Source: Tepidisphaeraceae bacterium
Lineage (GTDB): Bacteria > Planctomycetota > Phycisphaerae > Tepidisphaerales > Tepidisphaeraceae
Direction of reading: 5' to 3'
DNA: 64,000 nt
Assembly (NCBI GenBank): GCA_035634055.1
Contig: DASQDR010000048.1
Coordinates: 35,492 to 99,491 of the forward strand
This document shows positions 18,654-26,910 of this stretch, in pieces. Made by a program: the position numbers and the translations under genes. Numbering within the stretch: position 1 is the stretch's first letter; each line of letters begins with the position of its first letter. The notes below the pieces were generated by a model, which saw nothing but the letters and a program-made list of their open reading frames with translations, was not told the origin of the DNA and did not search any database.

Positions 18654-20330
18654 ATGTGGCTCAAGCAGCTCTTCACCGACACCTCGAGCGCCGCGCACGC
18701 GCTGATGATCCTGGCCCTGGTCGCCGCGGTCGGGCTGGCCTTTGGGTCGATCCGCGTGTTCAGGATCCACCTTGGCGTGGCGGGCGTGCTGTTCGCCGGG
18801 CTGGCGTTCGGGCACTTCGGCATCGGCATCAACCACGAGGTGCTCGACTTCGCGCGCGAGTTCGGGCTCATCCTGTTCGTCTACACGATCGGCATCCAGG
18901 TTGGGCCCGGCTTCCTCGCGTCACTGCGGCGCAACGGGCTGCCGCTGAACCTGATGGCAGCGGCGATCGTGCTGCTCGGGGTGGCGACCACGCTGGGGGT
19001 ATGGGCGGCGTTCATGGACCGCGCCGATCTCCCCGCCGCCGTCGGGCTCTTCTCCGGCGCCACCACCAACACCCCGAGTCTCGCCGCCGCCCAGGAAGCG
19101 CTCCGCGACAAGGCGGGCGCGCGCTGGGACGCGCTGCGCGTGCTGCCCGGGCTCGGCTACGCGGTCGCCTACCCGTTCGGCGTGGTCGGCATCATCCTCA
19201 CCATCCTGCTGGCGCGGCGGGTGTTCAAGATCGACCCGGAGGCGGAGGCGGCCGCGCTGGCGACGCTGCGCGGCGGCGAGGCGGAGCCGCTGGCGACCGT
19301 CAACCTCCGCGTCACCAACCCCAACCTCTTCGGCGCCCGCCTCGGCGAGGTGCCCACGCTGGCGGCGAGCGGCGTCGTCGTCTCGCGCATCCTGCACAAC
19401 AACGACCTCTCGCTGGCGCGCCCCGACAGCGTGCTGCGCGAGGGCGACGTGATCCTCGCTGTCGGGCCGCGCCCGCAGCTCGACCAGTTGCGGCTGATCG
19501 TCGGCCCCGACAGCGACGTCCGCCTGACCGAGGTCCCCAGCCCCATCACCGCCCGGCGCGTGCTCGTCACGCGCAGCGGCGTGCTCGGGGAGACGGTGCC
19601 GAGCCTGAAGCTGCGCGAGCGCTTCGGCGTCAGCGTCACCCGCATCGAGCGCAGCGCCGTCGAGCTGCCCGTGACCGGCGACGTGCGGCTGGCGTTCGGC
19701 GACCGGCTGACCGTCGTTGGCGAGGAAGCCTCCATCGCGCAGGCGGGCAGGGAGCTCGGCGACTCGATCAAGAAGATGAACGCCCCGCAGATCATCCCGG
19801 TGTTCGTCGGCATCACCCTGGGCGTGATCTTCGGGACGATGCCGATCGTCGTGCCCGGCCTGCCCGGCGCGGTGAAGCTCGGCCTGGCGGGCGGGCCGCT
19901 GCTGGTCGCGATCGTGCTGAGCCGCCTGGGCAACGTCGGGCCGCTCGTGTGGTACCTGCCGACCAGCGCCAGCCTGGTCCTGCGCGAGGTCGGCATCGCG
20001 CTGTTCCTCGCCTGCGTCGGGCTCAAGGCGGGCGACAAGTTCGTGGCCACGCTGCTGCACGGGCACGGGCTGCTCTGGCTGGCGTGCGGCGCGGCCATCA
20101 CGCTCCTCCCGCTGCTGGCGGTCGCCGCCTTTGCGCGGCTGGTCTGGAAGATGAACTACCTGACGATATGCGGCCTGCTCTCCGGCAGCATGACCGACCC
20201 GCCCGCGCTGGCGTTCGCCACGACGATGACCGCATCCGAAGCGCCGTCCGTCGCGTATGCCACGGTCTACCCGATGACCATGATCCTTCGCGTGCTCTGC
20301 GCGCAGCTCATGATCCTGCTCTTCATGTAG
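18654..20330 (+). CDS. YidE/YbjL-family (AspT-type) transporter with two internal TrkA-C/RCK_C domains
   Basis: MWLKQLFTDTSSAAHALMILALVAAVGLAFGSIRVFRIHLGVAGVLFAGLAFGHF... The architecture is duplicated permease halves flanking two RCK_C-like domains. Confidence 0.85.
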   Translation: MWLKQLFTDTSSAAHALMILALVAAVGLAFGSIRVFRIHLGVAGVLFAGLAFGHFGIGINHEVLDFAREFGLILFVYTIGIQVGPGFLASLRRNGLPLNLMAAAIVLLGVATTLGVWAAFMDRADLPAAVGLFSGATTNTPSLAAAQEALRDKAGARWDALRVLPGLGYAVAYPFGVVGIILTILLARRVFKIDPEAEAAALATLRGGEAEPLATVNLRVTNPNLFGARLGEVPTLAASGVVVSRILHNNDLSLARPDSVLREGDVILAVGPRPQLDQLRLIVGPDSDVRLTEVPSPITARRVLVTRSGVLGETVPSLKLRERFGVSVTRIERSAVELPVTGDVRLAFGDRLTVVGEEASIAQAGRELGDSIKKMNAPQIIPVFVGITLGVIFGTMPIVVPGLPGAVKLGLAGGPLLVAIVLSRLGNVGPLVWYLPTSASLVLREVGIALFLACVGLKAGDKFVATLLHGHGLLWLACGAAITLLPLLAVAAFARLVWKMNYLTICGLLSGSMTDPPALAFATTMTASEAPSVAYATVYPMTMILRVLCAQLMILLFM

Positions 20331-20363
20331 GCGGCGGAAAAGCGGGCGGGCGCGGCGGTGCTT

Positions 20364-20434
20364 GGGGATTGAAGATTGATGACTTGAACGGCCGTGCCTC
20401 GCGCCGTTCAAGCTCCAATCCTCAATCTCCAATC
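20364..20434. repeat. Hairpin with heptamer-unit arms (GATTGAR / YTCAATC), likely bidirectional terminator
   Basis: The left arm ggGGATTGAAGATTGATGACTTGAACGGC pairs with the right arm GCCGTTCAAGCTCCAATCCTCAATCTCCAATC. It lies between convergent stops at 20330 and 20443. Confidence 0.7.
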
Positions 20435-20442
20435 GTCACTCA

Positions 20443-21171
20443 TCACCCGCCCCGCGCGATTCGGGACCAATCGACGACGCCGATGGCGGCCAGCACGTCC
20501 GCCGGGACGTGCGTGGTAATGGCGGGCCCCGCGTCCGGCACGATCGCCAGCACCGGGATCCTGCCCCACTTCTCGATGGCGCGCGGGTTGGTTTCGGTCG
20601 CGAGGTCGGGCGTGTCGGTCGGGTAGCGGTTGATGACGACGCCCGCGACGGGAACGCCGCGCGATCGCAGGGCCTCGATCGTCAGCAGCGTGTGGTTGAT
20701 CGTCCCCAGGCCCGCGCGGGCAACGATCACGGCGGGCAGGTTCAGCCAGGCGGCCACGTCGAGCACGGTGTGCTTCGGGTCCAGCGGGACCATGATCCCG
20801 CCGACGCCCTCTACGACCATCGCGTCGCTGTCGCGCGCGATCATGGCGAGGGACCTGGCGACCGCATCCCAGTCGAACCCCACACCCGCGCGCTGCGCGG
20901 CGACCGCCGGCGCGAGCGGCTCGGCGTAACGCACGGGCGCGATGACGTCCAGCGGCTGGGCGGCGTCGGCGCAGTGGGCGAGGAACTCCGCGTCCTCGCT
21001 CACCCACCCCTCGCGCCGGTGGACGCACCCTGTCGCCGCCACCTTCAGCACGCCGACCCGATGCCCCTGCCCGCGCAGCGCCCGTGCGATGGCGCCGGCG
21101 ACGACCGTCTTGCCGACGCCCGTATCGGTGCCGGTGACGAACAGCCCGGGAATGCCAATGCGCGGAAGCAT
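20443..21171 (-). CDS. bioD: Dethiobiotin synthetase
   Basis: MLPRIGIPGLFVTGTDTGVGKTVVAGAI P-loop typical of BioD. The ORF-track extension upstream of 21171 runs through a palindromic repeat and is rejected. Confidence 0.9.
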   Translation of the reverse strand: MLPRIGIPGLFVTGTDTGVGKTVVAGAIARALRGQGHRVGVLKVAATGCVHRREGWVSEDAEFLAHCADAAQPLDVIAPVRYAEPLAPAVAAQRAGVGFDWDAVARSLAMIARDSDAMVVEGVGGIMVPLDPKHTVLDVAAWLNLPAVIVARAGLGTINHTLLTIEALRSRGVPVAGVVINRYPTDTPDLATETNPRAIEKWGRIPVLAIVPDAGPAITTHVPADVLAAIGVVDWSRIARGG

Positions 21172-21186
21172 TCCGTGGACTTTACT

Positions 21187-21212
21187 CCCTCTCCCCGTAC
21201 CCGGGGAGAGGG
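21187..21212. repeat. REP-like palindrome CCCTCTCCCCG-N4-CGGGGAGAGGG
   Basis: Perfect 11-bp stem. The same core is present at 33455-33486. Confidence 0.75.
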
Positions 21213-21388
21213 TTGGGGTGAGGGCAATGGCGTGGATCAGCGGGGATGGTGTTTCGCAGCGCGGTGTTGCGGGCGATGTGAGGTCGGCGAGCGCACGGGA
21301 GACGAAGCACCCGGCCGCGGGCGATGGCCGCGCGTGGCAGGTCAAACTCACGCTACAAATCCCCCGCCGCACGGGCTAAACTACGCTC

Positions 21389-23194
21389 GTGCTGACGTTG
21401 ATGGTTTTGCAGGGGCCGGACAAGGGTCGGCGGTTTGACTTGCCGGACGTGCCGACGCTCGTCGGCCGCGAGAGCCGGCAGTTGCCGCTGGGCGACAATA
21501 CGGTCTCGCGCCGCCACGCCGAGCTCGTCCCGGGCGACGACGGGTGGATGCTGCGCGACCTCGGCAGCTCCAACGGCACCTACATCAACGGGCAGCGCGT
21601 CACCAACCGGTACGTCCTGAAGCTCGGCGACCAGATCCGCGTCGGGCGGACGCTGATGGTCTTCGGCGCCCAGCCAGGCGTGAACCGCGCGCGCGGCGGC
21701 GACGTGGCGCTCACCGGCGAGGAGGCGGGCCTCGACGCCTCGATCATGCACACCGTGCCGTCCAACGACGACTCCATGGTCCTGGCCGTCCCCGAGCCGG
21801 CGGCGGCGGCAATGACCAACCTCAAGATCCTCTACCAGCTCGGCGCGGCGCTGGGCAGCAGCTTCGACATCGACCAGGTGCTCGAGGTGGTGATGGACCT
21901 GGTCTTCGAGCACGTGAAGGCCGACCGCGGCATCATCATGCTGCTGGACGAGAAGACCAACGAGGTCGTTCCCAAGGTCGTCCGCACCCGCGAGGACCGC
22001 GAGGCCAAGCGGCAACGCGAGAAGGAAGCCGCCGAGGCCGCGGAGGCGGAGGGCGAAAAGATCCCCGTGACCGCCAGCGGCAACGGTGACGGCGCCCCCA
22101 CCGGCGCGGGCGCCGCGGGCAGCGCCCGGGTGAACCTCCCGCCGGGCGAGAAGATCCACGCGTCGCGCACGATCATCAACCACGTGGTCAACAACGGCGA
22201 GGGCGTCCTCTCCAGCAACGCGATGACCGACAAGCTGTTCAGCAAGTCCAAGAGCGTCCACGCCATGAGCATCCGCTCGGCCCTGTGCGTGCCGATCAAG
22301 GCGCGCAAGCTCGACGGCAAGGGCGGCGACGAAGTGCTCGGCGTCATCTACATCGACAGCTCGGCCAAGAACTACACCTACGCGCCCGACCAGCTCCGCC
22401 TGCTCACCGCCATCGGCCTGCAGGCGGGGCTGGCGATCCAGAACGCCAAGCTTTACCAGCAGGGTTTGCAGGCCGAGCGCCTCGCCGCCATCGGCGAGAC
22501 CACTGCCGCGCTGTCGCACAGCATCAAGAACATCCTCCAGGCGCTGCGCGGCGGGGCGGACGTGGTGGAGATGGGTATCCGCGCCAGCAACCTCGTGCAG
22601 GTCGGCAAGGGGTGGCGGATCGCCGAGCGCAACCTCCAGAAGATCTACAATTTAACGATGAACCTGCTCGCCTACAGCAAGCAGCGCGAGCCCAGGCTGG
22701 AGCTGATGAACCCGCGCGTGCTGGTCAACGACTGCGTCGAGCTGATCGCCCCGATGGCCAACGAGAAGGGCGTCATGGTGGTGGCGGACATCGACAAGGA
22801 CCACCCCGCCGTGCCGATCGACCCCGACGGCATGCACCAGGTGCTGATGAACCTGCTGAGCAACGCCCTTGACGCCGTCGAGCCGCAGCGCGGGCTGATC
22901 CGCGTCGTCGGGCGCTACGAACCCGACACGCGCTCGGCCGTGCTGGAGGTGATCGACAACGGCGTCGGCGTCGCCCCGCCGATGATGAAGCACATGTTCG
23001 AGCTGTTCCACTCCACCAAGGGCAACCGCGGCACCGGGCTGGGGCTGGCAGTGGCGAAGAAGATCGTCGACGAGCACGACGGTGCCATCACCGTCAAGAG
23101 CGCCCCCGGCGAGGGGACCAGCTTCACCGTGCGGCTCCCGGTCTACCAGCTCAACCTGAACGGCCCCTCCCACACGCACGGGCCGGCGCGGTAG
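21389..23194 (+). CDS. FHA-GAF-histidine kinase hybrid sensor
   Basis: N-terminal FHA (TLVGRESRQLPLGDNTVSRRHAEL...GSSNGTYINGQRV), a central GAF-like region, HisKA (AALSHSIKNILQAL), and HATPase N/G boxes (LLSNALDA, GTGLGLAVAKKIV). Confidence 0.9.
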   Translation: MLTLMVLQGPDKGRRFDLPDVPTLVGRESRQLPLGDNTVSRRHAELVPGDDGWMLRDLGSSNGTYINGQRVTNRYVLKLGDQIRVGRTLMVFGAQPGVNRARGGDVALTGEEAGLDASIMHTVPSNDDSMVLAVPEPAAAAMTNLKILYQLGAALGSSFDIDQVLEVVMDLVFEHVKADRGIIMLLDEKTNEVVPKVVRTREDREAKRQREKEAAEAAEAEGEKIPVTASGNGDGAPTGAGAAGSARVNLPPGEKIHASRTIINHVVNNGEGVLSSNAMTDKLFSKSKSVHAMSIRSALCVPIKARKLDGKGGDEVLGVIYIDSSAKNYTYAPDQLRLLTAIGLQAGLAIQNAKLYQQGLQAERLAAIGETTAALSHSIKNILQALRGGADVVEMGIRASNLVQVGKGWRIAERNLQKIYNLTMNLLAYSKQREPRLELMNPRVLVNDCVELIAPMANEKGVMVVADIDKDHPAVPIDPDGMHQVLMNLLSNALDAVEPQRGLIRVVGRYEPDTRSAVLEVIDNGVGVAPPMMKHMFELFHSTKGNRGTGLGLAVAKKIVDEHDGAITVKSAPGEGTSFTVRLPVYQLNLNGPSHTHGPAR

Positions 23195-23262
23195 AACGAG
23201 CGGGGCGCGACGCCCGCGTGGCGCCATACGACTTCACCGGCCGCTTGAGTGGAAGCAACCTC

Positions 23263-23910
23263 GTGATCATCACCATGACCACCGGCGGCATCGCCGGCAC
23301 CAACAGCTACCTCGTCGGCGATGAAGCCTCCGGCAAGGCAGTCATCTTCGACGCGCCCGACCACACCGTCGCCGCGCTGCTCGACGAGGCGCAGGCGCGC
23401 GAGCTGGACGTGATCGGCCTGTGGCTCACGCACGGGCACTTCGATCACGTGGCGGATCACCAGGCGGTCATCGGGCGCTACCCCGGCGCCCGGGTGCTGA
23501 TCCACCGGCTCGACGAGCCGAAGCTCCGCGACCCGGGCAGCAGCTTCTTCACGCTCCCCTTCACCATCCCGCCGCGCGGCGCGGACGCGCACGTTGAAGA
23601 TGGCGACAAGCTCAAGCTCGGCCAGCTCGACGTCGAGGTGCTCTACACGCCCGGCCACTCGCCGGGGCACGTGATGTACCATTTTCCGAAGGAAAAGCTG
23701 CTGATCGGCGGCGACCTGATCATCATGGGCGCCGTCGGCCGCACTGACCTGCCCGATGCCAGCGCCGCCGACCTTGAGCGATCGATCCTCCGCGTCATGC
23801 GCCTCCCGGGCGACACGCGCCTGCTCCCCGGGCACGGCGATCCCAGCACCTTGGACGACGAGCGCCGCACCAACCGGTTCGTGGAGTACGTGCTGGCGGG
23901 CGCGCGATAG
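23263..23910 (+). CDS. MBL-fold metallo-hydrolase (glyoxalase II-like)
   Basis: THGHFDHV motif and TPGHSPGH. The start is ambiguous (23218, 23263 or 23275). Confidence 0.85.
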   Translation: MIITMTTGGIAGTNSYLVGDEASGKAVIFDAPDHTVAALLDEAQARELDVIGLWLTHGHFDHVADHQAVIGRYPGARVLIHRLDEPKLRDPGSSFFTLPFTIPPRGADAHVEDGDKLKLGQLDVEVLYTPGHSPGHVMYHFPKEKLLIGGDLIIMGAVGRTDLPDASAADLERSILRVMRLPGDTRLLPGHGDPSTLDDERRTNRFVEYVLAGAR

Positions 23911-23918
23911 CGACCGCG

Positions 23919-24014
23919 CCGCATGGCCGCATGGCCGCATGGCCGCATGGCCGCGTGGCCGCGTGGCCGCGTCGGCGCGGTGCGGCATGGGCGCGGTGCC
24001 GCGTTGCCGCCGGG
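23919..24014. repeat. Octanucleotide tandem repeat, about 12 units
   Basis: CCGCATGG x4, CCGCGTGG x2, then degenerating units (CCGCGTCG, GCGCGGTG, CGGCATGG, GCGCGGTG, CCGCGTTG, CCGCCGGG). It lies between convergent stops at 23910 and 24035. Confidence 0.85.
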
Positions 24015-24034
24015 CAGCGGCGCTGGCGGGTTGT

Positions 24035-25525
24035 TTACTTCTCGCCTAGCCAGGTCACGACGGATCGTGCCGGGATCTCCAGCCATCCGTCCGCCGCCAG
24101 TTGCTGGCGCTCGAGGTTCTTCGATTCGGACGTGATGTACAGGCTCGACCTGCCGACGTTCATGCCTTCCACCGTCAGCCGCACGCGCTGGGCCTCGGGC
24201 AGCAGGTTGACGTACACGGCGGCGAGCTTGCCGCCGGCGGGGTCGACGTAAGCGGAAGCCATCAGGCCGGTGTCGGAGTGGTTCTCGCCCGTCAGCTCCA
24301 CGCGCTTCCACCCCGGGCGGACGAAGCGGCTGAAGTTGCCGAACGACCAGAGCATCTTCGATTCCAGCACGCCCTCCGGATCGCCCGGCTTCTTCCAATC
24401 CGTGTAGAGCAGCCCGTCCTTGTAGTCGTAAGGCGACAGCGCCAGCCACCAGTGGAACGCCGCCGCACCCTCGATGGCCATCATCGCGTGGACCATCCGC
24501 GCCAGCGTCAGCCCGGACTCCATCCCGAGGTCGCGCCCGCGCTGCATGATGCAGATCTCGCTCATCCAGATCTTCCAATCGGGGAAGCGGCTCATGCGCT
24601 CGCGCATCGTGCGGGCGGAGGTGATCAGGTCGCGGCCGGTGTGGGCGTTGTAGATGTGGTGGCAGATCGTCTTGTTCAGCGCCGCCGCCATTTCCGGGTC
24701 GGAGCAGATGACGTTGATGTAGTCGCCGACGGCGTAGCCGAAGCGCGTGGTCGGCCCGTTGGAGAGGGCGCGCATCTCCTCGGTGGAGGCGGATTCCGGC
24801 GCGACGATCCGCGTCGGCTCGCCCCGCCGCTTCAGCTCGTCGTGCAGGGCAAGGACCACCTTGCGGATGGTCACGTTGTCCATCCGGCACCCCTCCTGCC
24901 CCTGGTTCCAAGGGACCTGCGGCTCGTTGATCGGCGAGACGTAGTCGAACGCCAGCCCCTCGGCGCGGAAGTGGGCGAGGATATCGACCAGGTAGCGCGC
25001 GAAGTCGTCCTCTGCGCCTTCCTCGAGATTGGTCGGGGCCGAGGTGGGGCCCGCGTTGGTCAGGCCGGAGCGCGTCAGCCGCGCGGGCGGGCTGTTGGTG
25101 AAGGCGAGCAACTGCTCCACGCCGTGCTGCTTTGCCGCGCGCAGGAACCACTGCTCGCCCGCCTGCCGCTTCCAGTCGTACCGCCCGGGCACGACCTCGA
25201 ACGTCTCGGCGGACCGCAGCGGATCGCGGATCGTCTGGCTCTGCTTCCCCGCCCCGACGTTGAACCGCCAGCAGGACAGGCCGATCCCCTTCTCGCGCGA
25301 GAACAGCAGCTCCGCCACCCGCTCGCGCAGCTTCGGGTCCCACTTTCCGACCTCTTGAAAGCTCCAGGCATCGGAGGCCCCGAAGCTGTCGACCGTCTGG
25401 TGGAGCTGCGCGACGCGGACCACGTCATGATGATCGGCCGACGCGGGTGTGGTCGCCGGACGCGTCGCTTGGCCGAGCAGCGGTTGGACCAAAATCGCCA
25501 GGGCGAAGAGGGCAGGTTTGAGCAT
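24035..25525 (-). CDS. Secreted clan-A glycoside hydrolase, GH30-like
   Basis: Signal peptide MLKPALFALAILVQPLLG, DSFGASDAW, acid/base SPINEP and nucleophile region WMSEIC. The 730-aa ORF-track entry is an artefactual extension. Confidence 0.8.
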   Translation of the reverse strand: MLKPALFALAILVQPLLGQATRPATTPASADHHDVVRVAQLHQTVDSFGASDAWSFQEVGKWDPKLRERVAELLFSREKGIGLSCWRFNVGAGKQSQTIRDPLRSAETFEVVPGRYDWKRQAGEQWFLRAAKQHGVEQLLAFTNSPPARLTRSGLTNAGPTSAPTNLEEGAEDDFARYLVDILAHFRAEGLAFDYVSPINEPQVPWNQGQEGCRMDNVTIRKVVLALHDELKRRGEPTRIVAPESASTEEMRALSNGPTTRFGYAVGDYINVICSDPEMAAALNKTICHHIYNAHTGRDLITSARTMRERMSRFPDWKIWMSEICIMQRGRDLGMESGLTLARMVHAMMAIEGAAAFHWWLALSPYDYKDGLLYTDWKKPGDPEGVLESKMLWSFGNFSRFVRPGWKRVELTGENHSDTGLMASAYVDPAGGKLAAVYVNLLPEAQRVRLTVEGMNVGRSSLYITSESKNLERQQLAADGWLEIPARSVVTWLGEK

Positions 25526-25587
25526 GCGTCGAGGATAACCCGCTCTGCGAGCGCGGCCAAAGGGGCCGCCGGTGCCGGGGCGGCGAC

Positions 25588-26790
25588 TCAGGAGCCGAGC
25601 TGCACGAGCTTTTCCTGTTCCTTCCGGCGGAGCTGTCCGCAGGCGGCGTCGATGTCGCCGCCGCGGCTCTTGCGCACGTGCGCGTTCACGCCGTTGCGCC
25701 GCAGGATTTCCTGGAACGTCACCACGTCCTTCGCCAGCGGGCGCTTGAACGGCAGGCTCGAGACCTCGTTGTAGCGGATCAGGTTGACGTTGGCGCGCAT
25801 CGTCTTGCACAGCCTGCTCAGCTCGCGGGCGTGCTCCGGGCGGTCGTTGACGCCGCTGAGCAGGATGTACTCCAGCGTGATCTCGCGCCCGCTCTTGTCG
25901 AAGTAGTACCGGCAGGCGTCGAGGATGTCCGGCAGGGCGAAGTGCTCCGCCCAGGGGATCAGCTCCCGCCGCAACGGCTCGTTCGGCGCGTGCAGTGACA
26001 GGGCGAGGTTGATCGGCAGATCCTCCTCGGCGAGCTGCCTCATCTTCGCCGGCACCCCCACGGTCGAGATCGTGATCCGCCGCGCCCCCATGTTCAGGCA
26101 CTTGCGGTCGTTCAGGATGCGGACGGCCTGCATGACGCTGGCATAGTTCGCCAACGGCTCGCCCATGCCCATGAAGACGACGTTGGTGATCCGCTCGGAA
26201 GACGAAGGCACGAAGGCACGGAGGCACGGAGGGTGTGATGAGGGACCGAGGGAGGAAGTGAATTCACCTTCTCCCTCCGCGCTGTCTCCACCCCTTCGTG
26301 CCTCCGTGCCTGACGCCTTCGTGCCTTCCGCGAGGGTCTGATTCAACCGATACACCTGCTCCACGATTTGCCCCGCGGAGAGGTTCCCCTTCACGCCGTT
26401 GACGCCGCTGGCGCAGAAGCGGCACTGGACGGGGCAGCCGACCTGGCTGCTCACGCAGGCGGTGCGGCGATCGCCGTCGGGGATCATGACGGTCTCGGCC
26501 TGCGCGCCGTCCGGCCACCCGAGCAGCAGCTTGATCGTGCCGTCGCTGCTGATCTGCCGGGAGACGATGCGCGATGAGGTGATTTCGACGCGCTCGGCGA
26601 GCGCGGCGCGGTCGGCCTTGCTCAGGTTGGACATCGCCTCGGGCGAATCGACCAGCCGCTCGTACGCCCACTGCCGCACCTGCTGCGCGCGGAACGCCGG
26701 CCAGCCCCAGGTCTTCACCAAGGAGTCGAACTCGCGCGGGAGCAGGTCGAGAAAGCGCGTTTTTTGGCTCGGCAGCACGTCCAGAGGCAT
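25588..26790 (-). CDS. rlmN: 23S rRNA/tRNA adenine-C2 methyltransferase RlmN (radical SAM) carrying an insert of about 44 aa
   Basis: Radical-SAM CPVQCRFCASG, ITNVVFMGMGEPL, SLHAPN and C-terminal GGDIDAACGQL. The start at the ATG at 26790 (MPLDVLPSQK) is preferred. Confidence 0.93.
   Translation of the reverse strand: MPLDVLPSQKTRFLDLLPREFDSLVKTWGWPAFRAQQVRQWAYERLVDSPEAMSNLSKADRAALAERVEITSSRIVSRQISSDGTIKLLLGWPDGAQAETVMIPDGDRRTACVSSQVGCPVQCRFCASGVNGVKGNLSAGQIVEQVYRLNQTLAEGTKASGTEARRGGDSAEGEGEFTSSLGPSSHPPCLRAFVPSSSERITNVVFMGMGEPLANYASVMQAVRILNDRKCLNMGARRITISTVGVPAKMRQLAEEDLPINLALSLHAPNEPLRRELIPWAEHFALPDILDACRYYFDKSGREITLEYILLSGVNDRPEHARELSRLCKTMRANVNLIRYNEVSSLPFKRPLAKDVVTFQEILRRNGVNAHVRKSRGGDIDAACGQLRRKEQEKLVQLGS
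26198..26331. repeat. Palindromic octamer-armed element inside rlmN coding sequence (in-frame)
   Basis: Arms of AGGCACGR units and their complement surround a GAATTC-centred core. The 19-nt core 26249-26267 is identical to 47408-47426. Confidence 0.8.
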
Positions 26791-26910
26791 ACCATTTACT
26801 GTACGATGGTGCGGAGCCCTCGGGTCAGACCGTTTTTCGGCCAACTACTCGCCAAATCAGGTTTTGGCGTTGACCGATCGGACGGTAGCTGGTTTGCTGT
26901 GGGGGTGCAA

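Noticed and set aside
23919-24014. The octamer array as a CRISPR array or coding repeat
   Set aside because: The units are contiguous with no spacers. The 8-nt period cannot encode a protein repeat. The array lies between two convergent stop codons.
24035-26227. 730-aa ORF in the track
   Set aside because: Only the C-terminal 496 aa (from MLKPALF at 25525) look like a protein (GH30-like). The N-terminal part is Arg/Pro-rich antisense shadow of rlmN.
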